Shown here piece by piece: positions 39,108 through 53,399 of a stretch of DNA of 64,000 nt. The DNA is from Octopus vulgaris (Eukaryota). The notes under the pieces were generated by a model, which was not told the origin of the DNA, made no database searches, and saw only the letters and a list, made by a program, of their open reading frames with translations. The DNA lies in the NCBI GenBank assembly GCA_951406725.2, contig OX597819.1:99014001-99078000 (forward strand). The letters are read 5' to 3'. The position numbers were made by a program, and so were the translations under genes. Each line of letters starts with the position of its first letter. The stretch's first letter is position 1.

Positions 39108-39268
39108 TAGATAGGTGGGTGGGTAGGTAGGAAAGAAGGAAGGTAAATAGGTAGGTAGATAGGTAGGTAGGTAGGTAGGTAGGTAGGTAGGTAGGTAGGT
39201 AGGTAGGTAGATAGGTAGGTAGGTAGGTAGGTAGGTATGTAGGTGGGTAGGTAGGTAGGTAGGTAGGT
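39108..39268. repeat. (TAGG)n microsatellite
   Basis: Direct reading. Confidence 0.9.
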
Positions 39269-39402
39269 GTCGATGATCTCAGAATCCTAGAAGAAATCTT
39301 TCCAGCATATCTATAATATGACGGGAAAATAACTTTTTGTTGTATATTTATACAGACATATCTATCTATCCATCTATCTATCTATCTATCTATCTATCTA
39401 TT

Positions 39403-39436
<34 letters not shown>

Positions 39437-40679
39437 CATATGTATGTGTGTGCGTGTGGTGTGTGTGTATAGGTATGTATATGTATATATATATATATAC
39501 ACATATACACATATACATATAAATTGAAGATATAATTTATAGCGTATAAGCGCTGGCAAATACACACACACACACACACATACACATATAAATATACATA
39601 TAAACTGAGGATATAATTAATAGCGTATAGGCGCTGGCATTCCAGCGACCTTAATTGTAATTAAATTTTTATGATTATACACTTAAAAATTACATATACA
39701 TATATATCTCTGTGTATGTATGTATGTGTATGTTGTTCTACAGCAATATGTGCCCAAGGCAGCAAGAAAGTGTGCTCTGTCTCAAAAATCCTAGCATCGT
39801 AAATGTCTCACATAATCTTGTTAATACGATGGCATTATAACCGTTGGAATGCAATATATCTTTTCGGTCTGGAGCGGCGGGGTCAGTGGCTTAACAAGAC
39901 CAACAGCAACAACAACATCATCATCATTCTATGCATGAAAACATATCTGCATACTGATACTTAGAACCGTGTGTGTGAGTATACCTGTGCGAGTATGGGG
40001 CAGTATGTGATATTGTTGTTTTGATATAAGCTGATATTTGTAATACACCCTTGTGCATATACGCGCGCACACACATACTACACACACAAACACTCACACA
40101 CATATACATACAAATACACACAAGTACGTCTATATAAACACTAGACCAGAAGGTTTTTGCATCATTAAAACTATTTAGAGAGTCACGTGTTCTTCCCCTT
40201 TGATCTCCTTTCTTGTCAGTGAGGAGAAGAAAACAAAAATAGAAAAATAAAAAAAGTAAAAACAAAGAAATAAAACGAGTAAAAAAGGTACTGAAAAACA
40301 TTCTAGAGGAGCGAGGAGCACGCAGTGTCAGATAGAGACTACCTGTCGGTGCTATTTATATGTACATATATATCGTTGCTATTATGCAAAAGTGTCGTAC
40401 GTGCAAAGCATTGCTTTTTTTCAGAAAACGAAAAAATAGTTTCGCCATTCCATCGCAAAGCACTTCGACAATTTTTGATATCTTGGCATCTGTAGCAGCT
40501 GGAGATACGACAGATTGACCAAAAGAACCGGTTATTGCAAGCAAAAATAATTATTGAAGAAAACGCATTCGGTCAAATTTGGACATGCGACAGTTTAACA
40601 TAATAGCAAGTATATATATATATACTAAGTTCAGTATGTGGCAAAGTAATTTATTTTACTAAGCCCTAATTATATAATG

Positions 40680-40716
<37 letters not shown>

Positions 40717-40719
40717 CAT

Positions 40720-40850
40720 GCAGGAGTGGCTGTGTGGTAAGTAGCTTGCTTACCAACCACATGGTTCCGGGTTCAGTCCCACTGCGTGACACCTTGGGCA
40801 AGTGTCTTTGGTAGATGGAAACTGAAAGTAGCCCGTCGTATGTATGCATA

Positions 40851-40900
<50 letters not shown>

Positions 40901-41083
40901 TCCCCCCAACATCGCTTGAAAACAGATGCTGGTGTGTTTACGTCCCCGTAACTTAGCGGTTCGGCATAAGAGACCGATAGAATAAGTACTAGGCTTACAA
41001 AGAATAAGTCCTGGGGGCGATTTGCTCGACTAAAGGCGGTGCTCCAGAATGCCCGCAGTCAAATGACTGAAACAAGTAAAAGA

Positions 41084-41084
<1 letters not shown>
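40720..41084 (+). mobile_element. tRNA-derived SINE, group A (small internal deletion)
   Basis: Close match to 15721-16141. Confidence 0.9.
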
Positions 41085-41165
<81 letters not shown>

Positions 41166-42004
41166 GTATATAACATACATAAATACATGCGTGTGTGTGT
41201 GGGTATTCGTATATGCATAGATACATATTCATACATTTTATACGTATGTATATATTCATAAACACATTTTCTTTTCTCTTCGTATTGTAATGAATATTCT
41301 TGTCCATCATCGTCGCCCGAAAGAACGCATCAAGCTGGCGAGAAGATTTGGGTAGCGAAGGGGTGAACTACCAGCTCCATACAAAGCTATTTATGTGTGA
41401 GTGTGTGTGTGTGTACATACATGTATAGATACATATGCATAATACATACACACGCGCACACACTCGCATACTCATGTATGATTTCTAGTTAGTTGCATTT
41501 AAATATTAACTCTATCTTAACTGTCATCTATATGTTTCAACTAATATATTTGCGTGAGTACTTGTATATATACAAGTGTATGTTTATATATATTCATGAG
41601 TGTGTGTATGTATGTGTGTGTGTGTGTGTGTGTTTACGGTTTATACTGATGAAACCAATGACAATCTATATTTAGTGAAATAATTAAACATGTGGCAGAG
41701 CGGCATGATATTTTCGGAGTTGGCAAGCAGGCGAGACGAACGAGTGCTTACTATTTTGATTGAACGACAGGTAAAGAGGCTAAACGATTGCAATGATGCA
41801 GTCTCATGAAATTCTTTTCATATGAGAATCAACTCGGCGTCGGTGGTTTTTTGTTTCTCGTAGAGGAATGAATTACACCGAAAATAATAAGGAAGAAAGC
41901 AGATGGTCGTTAATCCTTGTCCTAAGCAGCTGTGATTTGAGAATATTTTATTTACGGGAACACTCGAAAATAAATTTGTTTCGATATGAAAGCGAATCAC
42001 TGTA

Positions 42005-42114
<110 letters not shown>

Positions 42115-42487
42115 AACGGGTAAATAAACAGCTTCAAGGTGTTAATTACAGGTTGACAGTTCAGCACGTACTGTTGACTTCATAATACTGATAGATGATA
42201 CAGAGTGTATGTGTGAGCGCGTTTGTTTGTTTCTTCGTTGGTTTACGCGCGTGCGCATTTGTTTGCATCTGTAAGGCAGTGTTCTTCATTATTTTTCCTC
42301 CGAATATATTCTTCATCTTGTATGGAACCTTGTGTGGCTACATTTGCAATGGTGGCATGCTATGCTTTTACTCTTTGATCAAGTTCAAAAGTGAGTTCTC
42401 AGCAGTTTTTTTCCTGCTCTGGCAGCCAATGCATCTCTTATCATTGGGTCATTGCTTCATTATCTCGCTTACTATACATAGTTCAGT

Positions 42488-42740
42488 TGGCGCAGTTTGA
42501 GCGAACGATTAAGAAGCTTGCTTCGCAAGCTCGATCCCATCGTGTGGTATCTTGGGTAAATGTCAGTTTCTATACGCTCAGCCTGACCCAAATTGTGTGA
42601 GCGAAATTGTGTTAACAGAAAGTATATAAAACATCAATGGGTGGATTGTATCTGTAATTCAAAAAGTACCCTTATGTCCTATATGATGTCATACTAATTT
42701 TGCTTGAGGATTACGTCAACGGTATGCATATCTGTCGAAG
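42488..42740 (+). mobile_element. Highly diverged SINE with group A-like head
   Basis: TTAAGAAGCTTGCTTCGCAA..TCGATCCCATCGTGTGGTATCTTGGGTAAATGTC. Confidence 0.5.
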
Positions 42741-43576
42741 ATTGAAACTAGCCGACCTTATACTTCGGCTACCAGAACAATTCTACAAGAACAAGGATAT
42801 TCTAAAACAGCTTTCAAATGGATACCACAAGAGGGGGAAAGAAAGAGGGATAGACCGAGAACTACGTGGCGCGAGACATTTATAACTAACTTGAGAAAGG
42901 ACAATATCTCATAGTTGAATGTAGAGAAAACCCGCAGCCAACAGAAGCCAGTGATGTCAACTTGCTGGCCAATGTTCTCGAGAGCGCGGGAAGAACTGAT
43001 ACTAATAAATGTCTATGTAATGCTCGGCTACTTTACACGTTGATTCAGGGTAATTCTGATAATTCTGTTGATCGAACAACTAAATCCTCACCATCAAACG
43101 ACGGAGACCCAAACACACAAATACTTTCAAAGTCATTATTCAGCCGAATTTTCTTCTATTTCTTAGAGATACTTCTCGTCTTTCTACTACTCCTCACTCT
43201 TCTACTATTGTCTCCTCCTCCCCCTCTTCCTCCTCCTCCTCCTCCTCCTTTCACAAATGTTTCTGCTCTATAGAAACATATAATCTTCCTTCGAACGTCT
43301 GTTTTAAGACACTCTTCTCTTTTTCTGTTTCTCAATTAAATACGTTCCTAATTCATTTAAACCTTGCGTTGATCATTTTATGACTCTCAAGATAGATTCT
43401 CGCTAGAGTTTTCCCCCATTTCCTTTTCTTCTAAATACTAAATTATTGCTTCAATGTTGTTTTATTGCTGGTTACTTGCCACCATATTAACTCAGAGATT
43501 AAATTTCACGTTACATTCGATATCTATTTTAGGTTCTTCGTTTAATTAGTTAACATTTACTTAATGTTAAAGATCA

Positions 43577-44081
43577 GTACATACATGCATGCATACATAC
43601 ATACATACATACATACATACATACATGCATACATACAGGCATACATACATACATATATACATACATGCATGCATGCATACATACATACATACATACATAC
43701 ATACATACATACATACATACATACATGCATACATACATACATACATACATACATACATACATACATACATACATACATACATACATACATACATACATAC
43801 ATACATACATACATACATACATACATACATACATACATACATACATACATACATACATGCATACATACATACATACATACATACATACATGCATGCATAC
43901 ATACAAAACATACATACATACATACATACATACATACATGCATACATACATATATACATATATACATACATACATGCATACATGCATACATACATGCACA
44001 CACATACATACATACATACATACATACATACATACATACATACATACATACATACATACATACATACATACATACATACAT
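43577..44081. repeat. (CATA)n microsatellite
   Basis: Direct reading. Confidence 0.95.
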
Positions 44082-44089
44082 CAAGCATT

Positions 44090-44590
44090 GTGCAGAGAGA
44101 TGAGGAAGACAAATATTACCGTTAAGAAAGCTTCCTCTCAAAATCTTGGATCATTCAAGCTGAAAATCTGGAACGTAAAGAGAAATTTCAATCTTAATGC
44201 ATTGTGGCAAAATACAGTAAGGAGATAATTATGTACAAACATCGACAGTTTGACCCCGATAATTTCACCATAGCTGTTGGCAAATTGCATAATGGGAAAG
44301 CATCTAGAGGGAACTTGGATACTGGTACATGAGGTCGACATTTTACAGAAAACTTTTAATATGCATATTCAAAAGCGCTATAGAAGGTCAGAATTGACAT
44401 GTCATATTAGGTTGCTATATCACGGAGAAATCAGGTATCCAAGAAGGAAAGCATCGAGTTTTCTGAAAACTATAGGCCCAATGCTTGTCTAAACATTATA
44501 TACAAGCTGTATGCAATGTAACTCAGACAATTCTTCCAGGATCATTGCGAGTTTAACTACTGATGAGCAAGCATATGACAATCAGGTGTA
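44090..44590 (+). mobile_element. Decayed non-LTR RT fragment (R4/Dong-like)
   Basis: KLHNGKASRG (cf. NWKAPGPD) and ENYRPNACLNIIYKLYA (RT motif YRPIxCLxxxYK) at ~44465-44520. Confidence 0.65.
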
Positions 44591-44892
44591 AGTGTCAAAA
44601 ATGTCGTCGACTTTTCTTAAATATTTTAAGAATTACTTTTACTGTAGCAATATTATAGTTTTAGCTTGATTACATTATTTATTAACCTTAATCAATTTGT
44701 TGTGTTTTGGGAGGGTCATTATGCCAATTTATATAAAGAATCTTGCAAACCAAATCCAAAAACAAAATAAAATAAACCTTAATCAACTTGTTTTATGATT
44801 TTCTGATTGTTCGGATAAAAGGTTTAGATTCTACCTCGGCTTCTCCATCACACTCTCAAAAATGTTGTCCATCATTCTCTGTGTTACTGTTA

Positions 44893-44959
44893 TCTATATA
44901 TATATAAAGCTGAAGTTGTCTGTGTGTGTGTGTATGTGTGTGTGTATGTGTGTATGTGT

Positions 44960-44994
<35 letters not shown>

Positions 44995-45697
44995 TGTGGC
45001 AGGTTTGGTAGCCTTCAACTAACACTATCTCCTCCGAGACCCTGCAGCGCAATTTGACCAAAATTGAGAGTATGATAGAAGAAGGCTTGCTCTTCATTCC
45101 GTAGAAGAAAAAAATTCAAATCGGACCATGTTAAGACCAAAAATTATTTACATCAAAAAGTTGCTTTTTTTCTATGAAAATCCCTATTTTTTACGTTTTT
45201 TTTTTACTGCTGTGTCGCCATTTTTCGGTGTATTTCAACCAGAAAAATGTTCATTTAAAGAGAATAACATCTACATAATGCAAAATTTTACTTTTCAAAA
45301 ATTCCAATTCTAAAGGGTTGAAGAGACTTTCTTGTGATGTCATTGGTTTTGAGCGAACGACGGATTTTCCTCAATTTTTTCTTAATGAATACTGTTGCAG
45401 TATTAACTTCTTAATAGATTTTCAGTGCAGTTCGAAACTTGAGCTTCATTTTGCTTTAAATCTACGGGTAATTTTTTTCTCCATAATGTTAATAGAAGGA
45501 ATATTAACCAACAATACCTACAATTGAAGTCGGGATTACACATTTGCAGTACATTCAGAGCAAACTCGAGCATCGCCACACTATACTTTTATTCATAGAT
45601 TGAAACTATGTCAAAACTTAGTTAACGCGACATCAAAGTCGACCGTTTTAAGCGCAACTAAAAAACAAACCCGAGCAACGCCGGGCTATACTGCTAG
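44893..45697 (+). mobile_element. Non-autonomous Helitron
   Basis: 5' TCTATATATATATAAAG after A; 3' hairpin CCCGAGCAACGCCGGG, then CTAG followed by T; internal (TG)n. Confidence 0.9.
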
Positions 45698-46542
45698 TTT
45701 AGCACTATTTTTGTTCATTCTTTTCCTTTGTATGTAGCCTTTCATTTTGAACATACAGAAACCACCCAAAGCCTGATCCTCAGCCTGGTTACTGATGCTG
45801 TCCCTCCACGAGCTACTCTCACAATAGATAAAATATAATTGTCTTCTTGGGTTGAATTAAACGTAAGCGTATTTGAAATGGAAAAATAAAATTATCTCAT
45901 TTTATGTCTATTTAATCATGTAATGTGATAATATTTTTTTGGTGGTGATGCAGCACTGTAAGTTTTCTTTAATGTGTCTAGTTGCTGTGTTGGCAGAACT
46001 TTTGTCTTTTTCAACAAAAGACATTTATAAATAACTCGTTAGCTAGCTTTTGCAGATAAATATATTGTTGGAGAAGCAATACATTCTTCAAACCTCAAAG
46101 CTCCTCATGCTGTCAGTTTCTACGGAATTTGAATATTCTGATAAGGCTACAGACTCAACAGATTCTGATTCAACAGACTTAGATGATGCAAACAGTGGCA
46201 AGAATGATCACACTATGACAGTCAGCGAAGGACAAGTAGCGAAGCTGTTCTATGATCAGAAATCGGAAAATAACTTTCATTTCAAAAATCATCAGCCAAG
46301 TGCAGAAGCTAATGTTTCTATGACAATTGCCGCTCACCAGATCCAAGGTTCTCATCTTGTAAACAACCAAAGCAATTGAACCTTCTCAACCATAGCTCCG
46401 TAAACTTCCAAAATATTAATTGGCTCACATCATCAGTTTCAATCCAATGTTTTATATGATATATCGCATCCAGGGAGCAAGTACCGCATTTCATAAAATG
46501 CTATCAAATTATAGAAGACAACTTGTTTCTTCATATTTTCAA

Positions 46543-46959
46543 GGCGCATGAGTGGCTGTGTCGTAAGAAGCTTGCTTACCAGTCACATGGTTCCGGGTTC
46601 AGTCTCACACAGTGGGACCTTGGGCAAGTGTCTTCTACTATAGCCTCGGGCCGACCAAAGCTTTGTGAGTGACTTTGGTTGACAGAAACTGAAAGAAGCC
46701 CGTCGTATACATACATATGTGTGTGTATGTGTGTGTGTGTCTGTGTGTGTTTGTGTGTCTGTGTTTGCCCCCCCCCCTATCGTCTGACAACTGATATTAG
46801 TGTGTTTACTTCCCCGTAACATTATCGGTTCGGCAAAAAAGGCCGATAGAATAAGTACAAGGCTTACAAAGAATAAGTCCTGGGTCGATTTGTTTGACTA
46901 AAAGCGATACTCCAACATGGCCACAGTCAAATGACTGAAACAAGTAAAAGAATAAAAGA
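46543..46959 (+). mobile_element. tRNA-derived SINE, group A
   Basis: Full head, core and tail. Confidence 0.9.
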
Positions 46960-47316
46960 TCAAAATTATTAATTATGTTTGACTACGACTTCACGTTGGT
47001 GGTTTCTTCATCACCAGATTAAGAATAACAAGGTCAGAAAGCAGTGAGACGCTTTCGTAATCTATGCATTCGCCCCAGTTATGTGTGTGCGCATGTGTAT
47101 GTATGTATGTATGTATGTATGTATGTATGTCAGATGATGGCTTCACTGTCCGAAGCTTCGAAGTCGCTGTCAGCAACATTCTTGTATGAGAATAATAAAT
47201 TTGTATTTTACAAAAGTATAGAGTAACCCATCTGATTAATGTAAAATTGTTTTTGTTATAAATGAATATGAAAGCAAACTCTAATATATGTTGTGTGTGT
47301 ATGTGGGTGCGTGTGT

Positions 47317-47367
<51 letters not shown>

Positions 47368-47532
47368 AGTGTGTGTGTCTGTGTCTGTGAGTGTGTGTGT
47401 GTGTGTGTGTGTGTTAAAACTGAAGCAGAGAATTTGTCACGCAATCGGGTTTAATGCTACTGCGGTTTTCAGATGAAACTGATATAACACACTACTTGTG
47501 GTGGGGGTGGCGGTGTGTGTGTATACATGTAC

Positions 47533-47563
<31 letters not shown>

Positions 47564-47626
47564 GATTAACAATAATAATAAAAAATGACAACAAAAGAAC
47601 GAGACCTCGATATTATGTAAATAGAG

Positions 47627-47686
<60 letters not shown>

Positions 47687-47841
47687 TTATATTTATATTT
47701 ATGTGTGTGTGTATATATAGATCCGGTTCTTGACTGAAGATTCGAGGCTTCGAATGACCCGTCCGTGTTTTTTGTATCGTCTATTTGAATGTTTTGTGCC
47801 CTTGTCCCATTTTGTATTTATATATATAACATATGCCTCCC

Positions 47842-47917
<76 letters not shown>

Positions 47918-47935
47918 TGTATGTATGTATGTATA

Positions 47936-47971
<36 letters not shown>

Positions 47972-48019
47972 TGTATGTATGTATGTATGTATGCATGTAT
48001 GTATGTATGCATATATGTA

Positions 48020-48923
48020 CAGGGTGGGTGGAAAATAACTAGACATTAGAAATTGCTTATGGGATTTTTAGTGTCAGTGAAGTCATAACGAAAACATTTT
48101 TTAAACAGACAACACTAATGGGGATTTCTTACTTTCTTATTTCTTATTTCATATTTTCCAGATGGTTGGTCACTTGACTGTTCAGGACTGAGGCAAAATA
48201 GAAACACGCTATGAAGTGTGGATTTCCATTGTTTTGGTTCAGAGATGGTGGCGTGCATAGAAATGTAGACATGCAACACCACGGCCGGAGACAATAAAAC
48301 GTTGTCATGCAAAGTTGATGACCATCGTCTCAGTGAACGATGCAAGAAGTGGCCGTCCAGCCACATTCTGATCAGCGGAGAACGTGGCAACAGTGCAAGA
48401 AATGTTTTATCGCAGCCCACAAAAGTCAATACGTCAAGCAGCTCGTAAAAGTGGACTAACAAGACACAATACGTACAGTGTTGCATAAATAATTGAACTT
48501 TCGTCTGTGGAAACCCTATTACATGCAAGAGCTAAAACCAGAAGACTGTGACCGCAGAATGGAATATGGAATGGCCTCCAAGAATGGAGAATGGAATATG
48601 GAATGGCCTCCAGATCTCACTCCATGTGATATTTACCTGTGCGATTACACAAAAAAGGTGTGCAAGACAAAACTCCGCACACTGGAGGACTTAGAGACAC
48701 GGACTCAGGAGGTTCTCAATGATATTCCAGATGACGCCCTTCAGAAGGTTGTTCATTCCATCCTTGGCCGTTTAAGGAAACTGGTTGACGCCACCGGTGC
48801 TTACGTTGAAGCATGAATTTCCCATTTAATAAAGAACACGTATCACTTGTTTCAATAAATTTGTAAAAGAAATATGGATTTTATTATCAATTTTTAATGC
48901 TAACTTACTTTTCACCCACTCTG
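48020..48923 (+). mobile_element. Internally deleted Tc1/mariner element (rosa/DD41D-like)
   Basis: ~35-bp imperfect TIRs CAG[G/A]GTGGGTG.., TA on both sides; WPP/DLTPCDIYL..TLEDLETR..GAYVE C-terminal motif; catalytic middle missing. Confidence 0.85.
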
Positions 48924-48943
48924 TATGTATGTATATGTGCATG

Positions 48944-49004
<61 letters not shown>

Positions 49005-49179
49005 ATTTATGTATGCATGTATGTATCTATATGTATGTATATATATATATGTATATATATATACACACATACATACATGTGTGTGTATATGTACATATAT
49101 ATATGTGTGTGTGTATATATATATATATATACACACATATATATATGTACATATACACACACATATGCATGTATGTGTG

Positions 49180-49223
<44 letters not shown>

Positions 49224-49261
49224 TATATGTACATATACACACACATATGTATGTATGTGTG

Positions 49262-49295
<34 letters not shown>

Positions 49296-49347
49296 CATAC
49301 ATATAGATACATACATACATATATGTGTGTATATGTATATATATATA

Positions 49348-49393
<46 letters not shown>
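48924..49393. repeat. Mosaic (TA)/(TG)/(CA) microsatellite
   Basis: Direct reading. Confidence 0.9.
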
Positions 49394-49394
<1 letters not shown>

Positions 49395-50033
49395 TGATAT
49401 GCGTGGGTGGTCTGATGCGTATGTTTGTTCCTTGGAATTTTTATTGGTTCTGTTTGTTGTAGGTGGGGAGGGGTATTATTGATTTGTTTATAAGGTGATG
49501 GGGCGGCGGTAGGCGTTTTTGCTTATTTGTACATTTTTAAATATATTCATTTAATTAAGTAATTTTAGCTTGTGTGTATGTGTGTGTAGGGGTTTTCAAT
49601 TAGGCGTTGCGAATAATTTCATTTTGTGTGTTTTCATCTTACCTTTATAGAGTTTGTTTTTAGACGAATGACTGTGTGTGTGTGTGTGTGCGTGTGTGTA
49701 TGTATGCGTGTGTACGTATGCACTGAGCCACATAGTTATGCCTGTTACAGCTGAACCCCCATGCCTGGGCTCGCTGAACTACACAGTTAAGCTTACGTCT
49801 ACTGACACAGTCAATTCTATACCCACTGAGTCTCTCTTTTGACCCAGTTTTGATTCTGTATCAAGGGGAGATAAAAACTAAATCAATGCGGCTTAATTTA
49901 TTAATGTGAAGAGGCAAGTCTATAATAGAGTTTATGCAGGCAGCTGCAAACGATAACTATCTAGTTTATATTGTAACAAGTGCTCTTTCTCTCTTTTTCT
50001 ACATATATGTACGTATATATGTATGTATATATG

Positions 50034-50102
<69 letters not shown>

Positions 50103-50254
50103 TAAGAACAATCTTACTTAGAAATGGATGCGTGCGTTCAGTCATATATAAATAAATAAATAAATAAAACATGCATATATACATACATATATGTTCAATT
50201 GCGTTCGTAAAAAATGTTTATCTCGTTTGGCTTAACAGCCCTCCTTGTTTGTGT

Positions 50255-50625
50255 TACTGTTATTCTCCGTTGTCCTGTTTATATTTTGTACTGTCGTTAC
50301 TGTCCTGTTTTTGTTACCATTTTTACCCCTCCGCAAAATAATCTCAAATTTTATTTAATTTGATTTCCGCGGGAAGGAAAATTTCATTGAAGTCATGTAT
50401 CGCCTGACCTTCGAAACGTGGAGTAGATGAAATTAAGGCGACTGAAGAAGGGGAATTTTCCTTGTTTGTATGTCCTGTACTCTATTTTTTCGTTGTTTAA
50501 AAAAATGTCCATTTCCTCGGTTTTGTGTTTATGTTTTCGTTTCTCATTGTGTTCGACGTTTTTCTGGTGTCCTGTACCCATATATGCATGTATATATACA
50601 TGTAGAGGTAGGTACGTACATAGAT
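50255..50625 (+). mobile_element. Second copy of the 31040-type cassette
   Basis: GTCCTGTACCCATATATGCATG and CGTGGAGTAGATGAAA..ACTGAAGAAGGGGAAT match the reverse complement of 31050-31350. Confidence 0.7.
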
Positions 50626-50653
50626 GTATGTATATATGCATATGTTTTATTTA

Positions 50654-50720
<67 letters not shown>

Positions 50721-50790
50721 AAGTAAATAAATGGTACAACAAAGGCACCGATATAGATATACATCCATATATATATATATATATATTAGT

Positions 50791-50995
50791 ATGTGACCTC
50801 GTGAGTACCACCGGTGATTTTTTTCCTCTGTCTTCCCTTCTCGGGATCTTTCCTTCTCCTATGTTTCCGACGAAGAGCTCCGCTCGAAACGTTAAACCCT
50901 CCTTCTTCCCTTCTTTCCTGAGCGTCCAATAATACTTTATTTGTTCCACGTCCTTGCGTTGTTGTGCTTTTTTGTTTTCTTGTTTGGATTAACTT
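50791..50995 (+). mobile_element. ~205-bp hammerhead cassette, copy 2
   Basis: Homologous end-to-end with 13399-13605. Confidence 0.75.
50863..50897 (+). ncRNA. Minimal type I hammerhead ribozyme (U4C variant)
   Basis: Identical to 13471-13505. Confidence 0.65.
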
Positions 50996-51589
50996 TATAT
51001 ATATATATATATATGGATGTATATCTATATCTTGCGCTAAATATATATTTTAAACATTCATAATAAAATAGGTGAAGAAATGTGGTCTGGTAGATAATGG
51101 TTTTGGTTAATATCGGGATCTAAAAAAAAAAAAAAAAGAAGGTAAGTTAAATGAGTTAAAATTCTTGACCTTGCTGACACTTAGAATATCAATTAATCTG
51201 ACTAGCTTTCATTTATTGTGGTGCTAGTTATTAGTTTAATCAGTTATTTTGTTTATTTACCGGCAGCTCAAAACTGACCAGAATATCGGCAAGGAAAGTG
51301 AGACTTACATAACATAGATAATTTTTGATCTCTTTTAATAATGTAAAAGGCCATAGGTTTGTAGAATTCATAGAATGTGTTCTGCCTGAAACACCAGAAT
51401 TCACCCCTTTTTCAATTATACGATCATATTTTATAAATTTTATTAATTGATTTTATATTGGTGACACAGACTATTACTAGTTCCATCGAACCTTAGCCTT
51501 CATCCCATTTTTTCTTTTTTTCTTTTTCATTTATTTATTTTTTTGTCTCATTACATTCACAATTTGAAAAGGGTAATGAGATTCTGTGA

Positions 51590-52191
51590 AAAGTCGGCGA
51601 GCTGGTAGAATCATTAGCACGCCGGGCGAAATGCTTAGCGGTATTTCGTCTGCCGTTACGTTGTGAGTTCAAATTCCGCCGAGGTTGACTTTGCCTTTCA
51701 TCCTTTCGGGGTCGAGAAATTAAGTACCAGTTCCGCACTGGGGTCGATGTAATCGACTTAATACCTATGTCTGTCCTTTTTTGTCCCCTCTAAGTTTAGC
51801 CCCTTGTGGGTAATAAAAAAATAGGTATTTCGTCTGCCGATACGTTGTGAGTTCAAATTCCGCCGAGGTCGACTTTGCCTTTCATCCTTTCGGGGTCGAT
51901 TAAATAAGTACCAGTTACGCACTGGGGTCGATATAATCGACTTAATCCGTTTGTCTATCCTTGTTTGTCCTCTCTGTGTTTAGCTCTTTGTGGGTAGTAA
52001 AGAAATAGGTATTTCGTCTGCCGATACGTTCTGAGTTCAAATTCCGCCGAGGTTGACTTTGCCTTTCATCCTTTCGCGGTCGATTAAATAAGTACCAGAT
52101 ACGCACTGGGGTCGATATAATCGACTTAATACGTTTGTCTGTCCTTGTTTGTCCTCTCCGTGTTTAGCCCCTAGTGGGTAGTAAAGAAATA
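51590..52191 (+). mobile_element. MetaSINE-type SINE with three tandem 184-bp units
   Basis: Units 51640-51823, 51824-52007, 52008-52191; flanking direct repeat GGTAATGAGATTCTGTGA at 51572-51589 and 52192-52209. Confidence 0.9.
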
Positions 52192-53399
52192 GGTAATGAG
52201 ATTCTGTGATATTCATAAACTTTGTTAGAGATTAAGCAATTTAATTGATCATAGAATGATTGAAGCACTAGAATTACACCTGCTCGCAGTCTCAGCTATT
52301 TTATAAATTCTATTGAACAAAGTTCGACTCCAGCCGCAACAAATTTAACAACAGCAGAGGAACGATTATTTTAACACGGCCCATTTTATAGAACAGAATC
52401 ACCAACACAAGAATAAGATATTCTATTTTATTTTGTCTGCATATCTAATATTTTAACTTTTAAAAATAGTTTAAGGCAGTAGCGATGAGTTTTTACAGGG
52501 TATCTAAGATTGGTGAGAGGAAGTTGACCTCAAACTGGAGAACTGCTCTGAATCTAGATGAATTCCACGAAGGAAACGCGAGGGTGTTGGCATTAATCCA
52601 GATGATAGAGTAACTAAGATTAAGATTAATATAAGATATTGCCCGGCCAAGAAATGAATATCTCAAATCATTCTTTGATTTCTTTAAAGATATTGGACAC
52701 ATTCGCTAATGTAGTCTTCAATAGAAAATGTCTGGAGAAAAAGAAATATGTCTGGAGAAAAAGAAAAATGCCTGGAATATCTTATTATACAGGTCTGCTT
52801 GATTGTAGCTTTATTACAAAAATAAAATATCTTCCTCGATTATAAGTTGGTGCCGAAGTGATAACAGTCTCGTAAACGTATAAGGTTTGTCCAATTCTTC
52901 TATGTGAGAGTACTAAATAAAATAAAATAAAATTGGAGACAGTCTTCTAATTAGTGCGTCTACAATCTGGAACGAGAAATACTAGTATTTTCACTGGTGA
53001 TATTGCAATAGTGATGTACGAACCGGTTACAAAATGACCGCCAAACAAATATGAAAAAGAATGTCGAAGCTAAATATTGTTAATAAAGCTTCATTACGTG
53101 CCTTTACTAAAGAGTAAAAGCTATTCATTGAGCAAATGAAAAGGAAAAGGATGTGACAAAGAGATTTATATCGCTCGTTGAGCTATTATTATACATACAT
53201 ATATTTACATACATACATATATAATACGTGTATGTGCGTGTGTGTGTGTGCGTGCGTTCGTGCGGATTAGACGCGTCAAGCAGTGATTTATTTAAATATT
53301 ATATAAATGTTATCAGTTCAAATGCACTTGAGTAATATTTCTAACAAGCAAGAACACTATTCATTGCATTTTGTCATAGAGAAATATCCTCGTTGTAGA

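Noticed and set aside
39108-39268. Telomeric repeat
   Set aside because: The unit is TAGG, not TTAGGG or TTAGG; an ordinary tetranucleotide microsatellite
41690-41890. Two-exon mini-gene (donor CAG|GTAAAG, acceptor CTCGTAG)
   Set aside because: The spliced product would be only ~34 aa with no recognisable motif
46050-46379. 109-aa ORF with an acidic Ser/Asp stretch
   Set aside because: No identifiable domain or splice context; may be a transposase N-terminal relic but unsupported
47730-47765. Hammerhead-like CTGAAGA-TTCGAGGCTTCGAA
   Set aside because: GAAA is absent after stem II; at best a decayed motif
50405-50465. Type II hammerhead (TTCGAAACGT...CTGAAGA)
   Set aside because: The cleavage position would be G, there is no stem I, and GAAA is not conserved in the 31 kb copy
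51640-52191. CRISPR-like array
   Set aside because: Contiguous 184-bp SINE units with no unique spacers, in eukaryotic context
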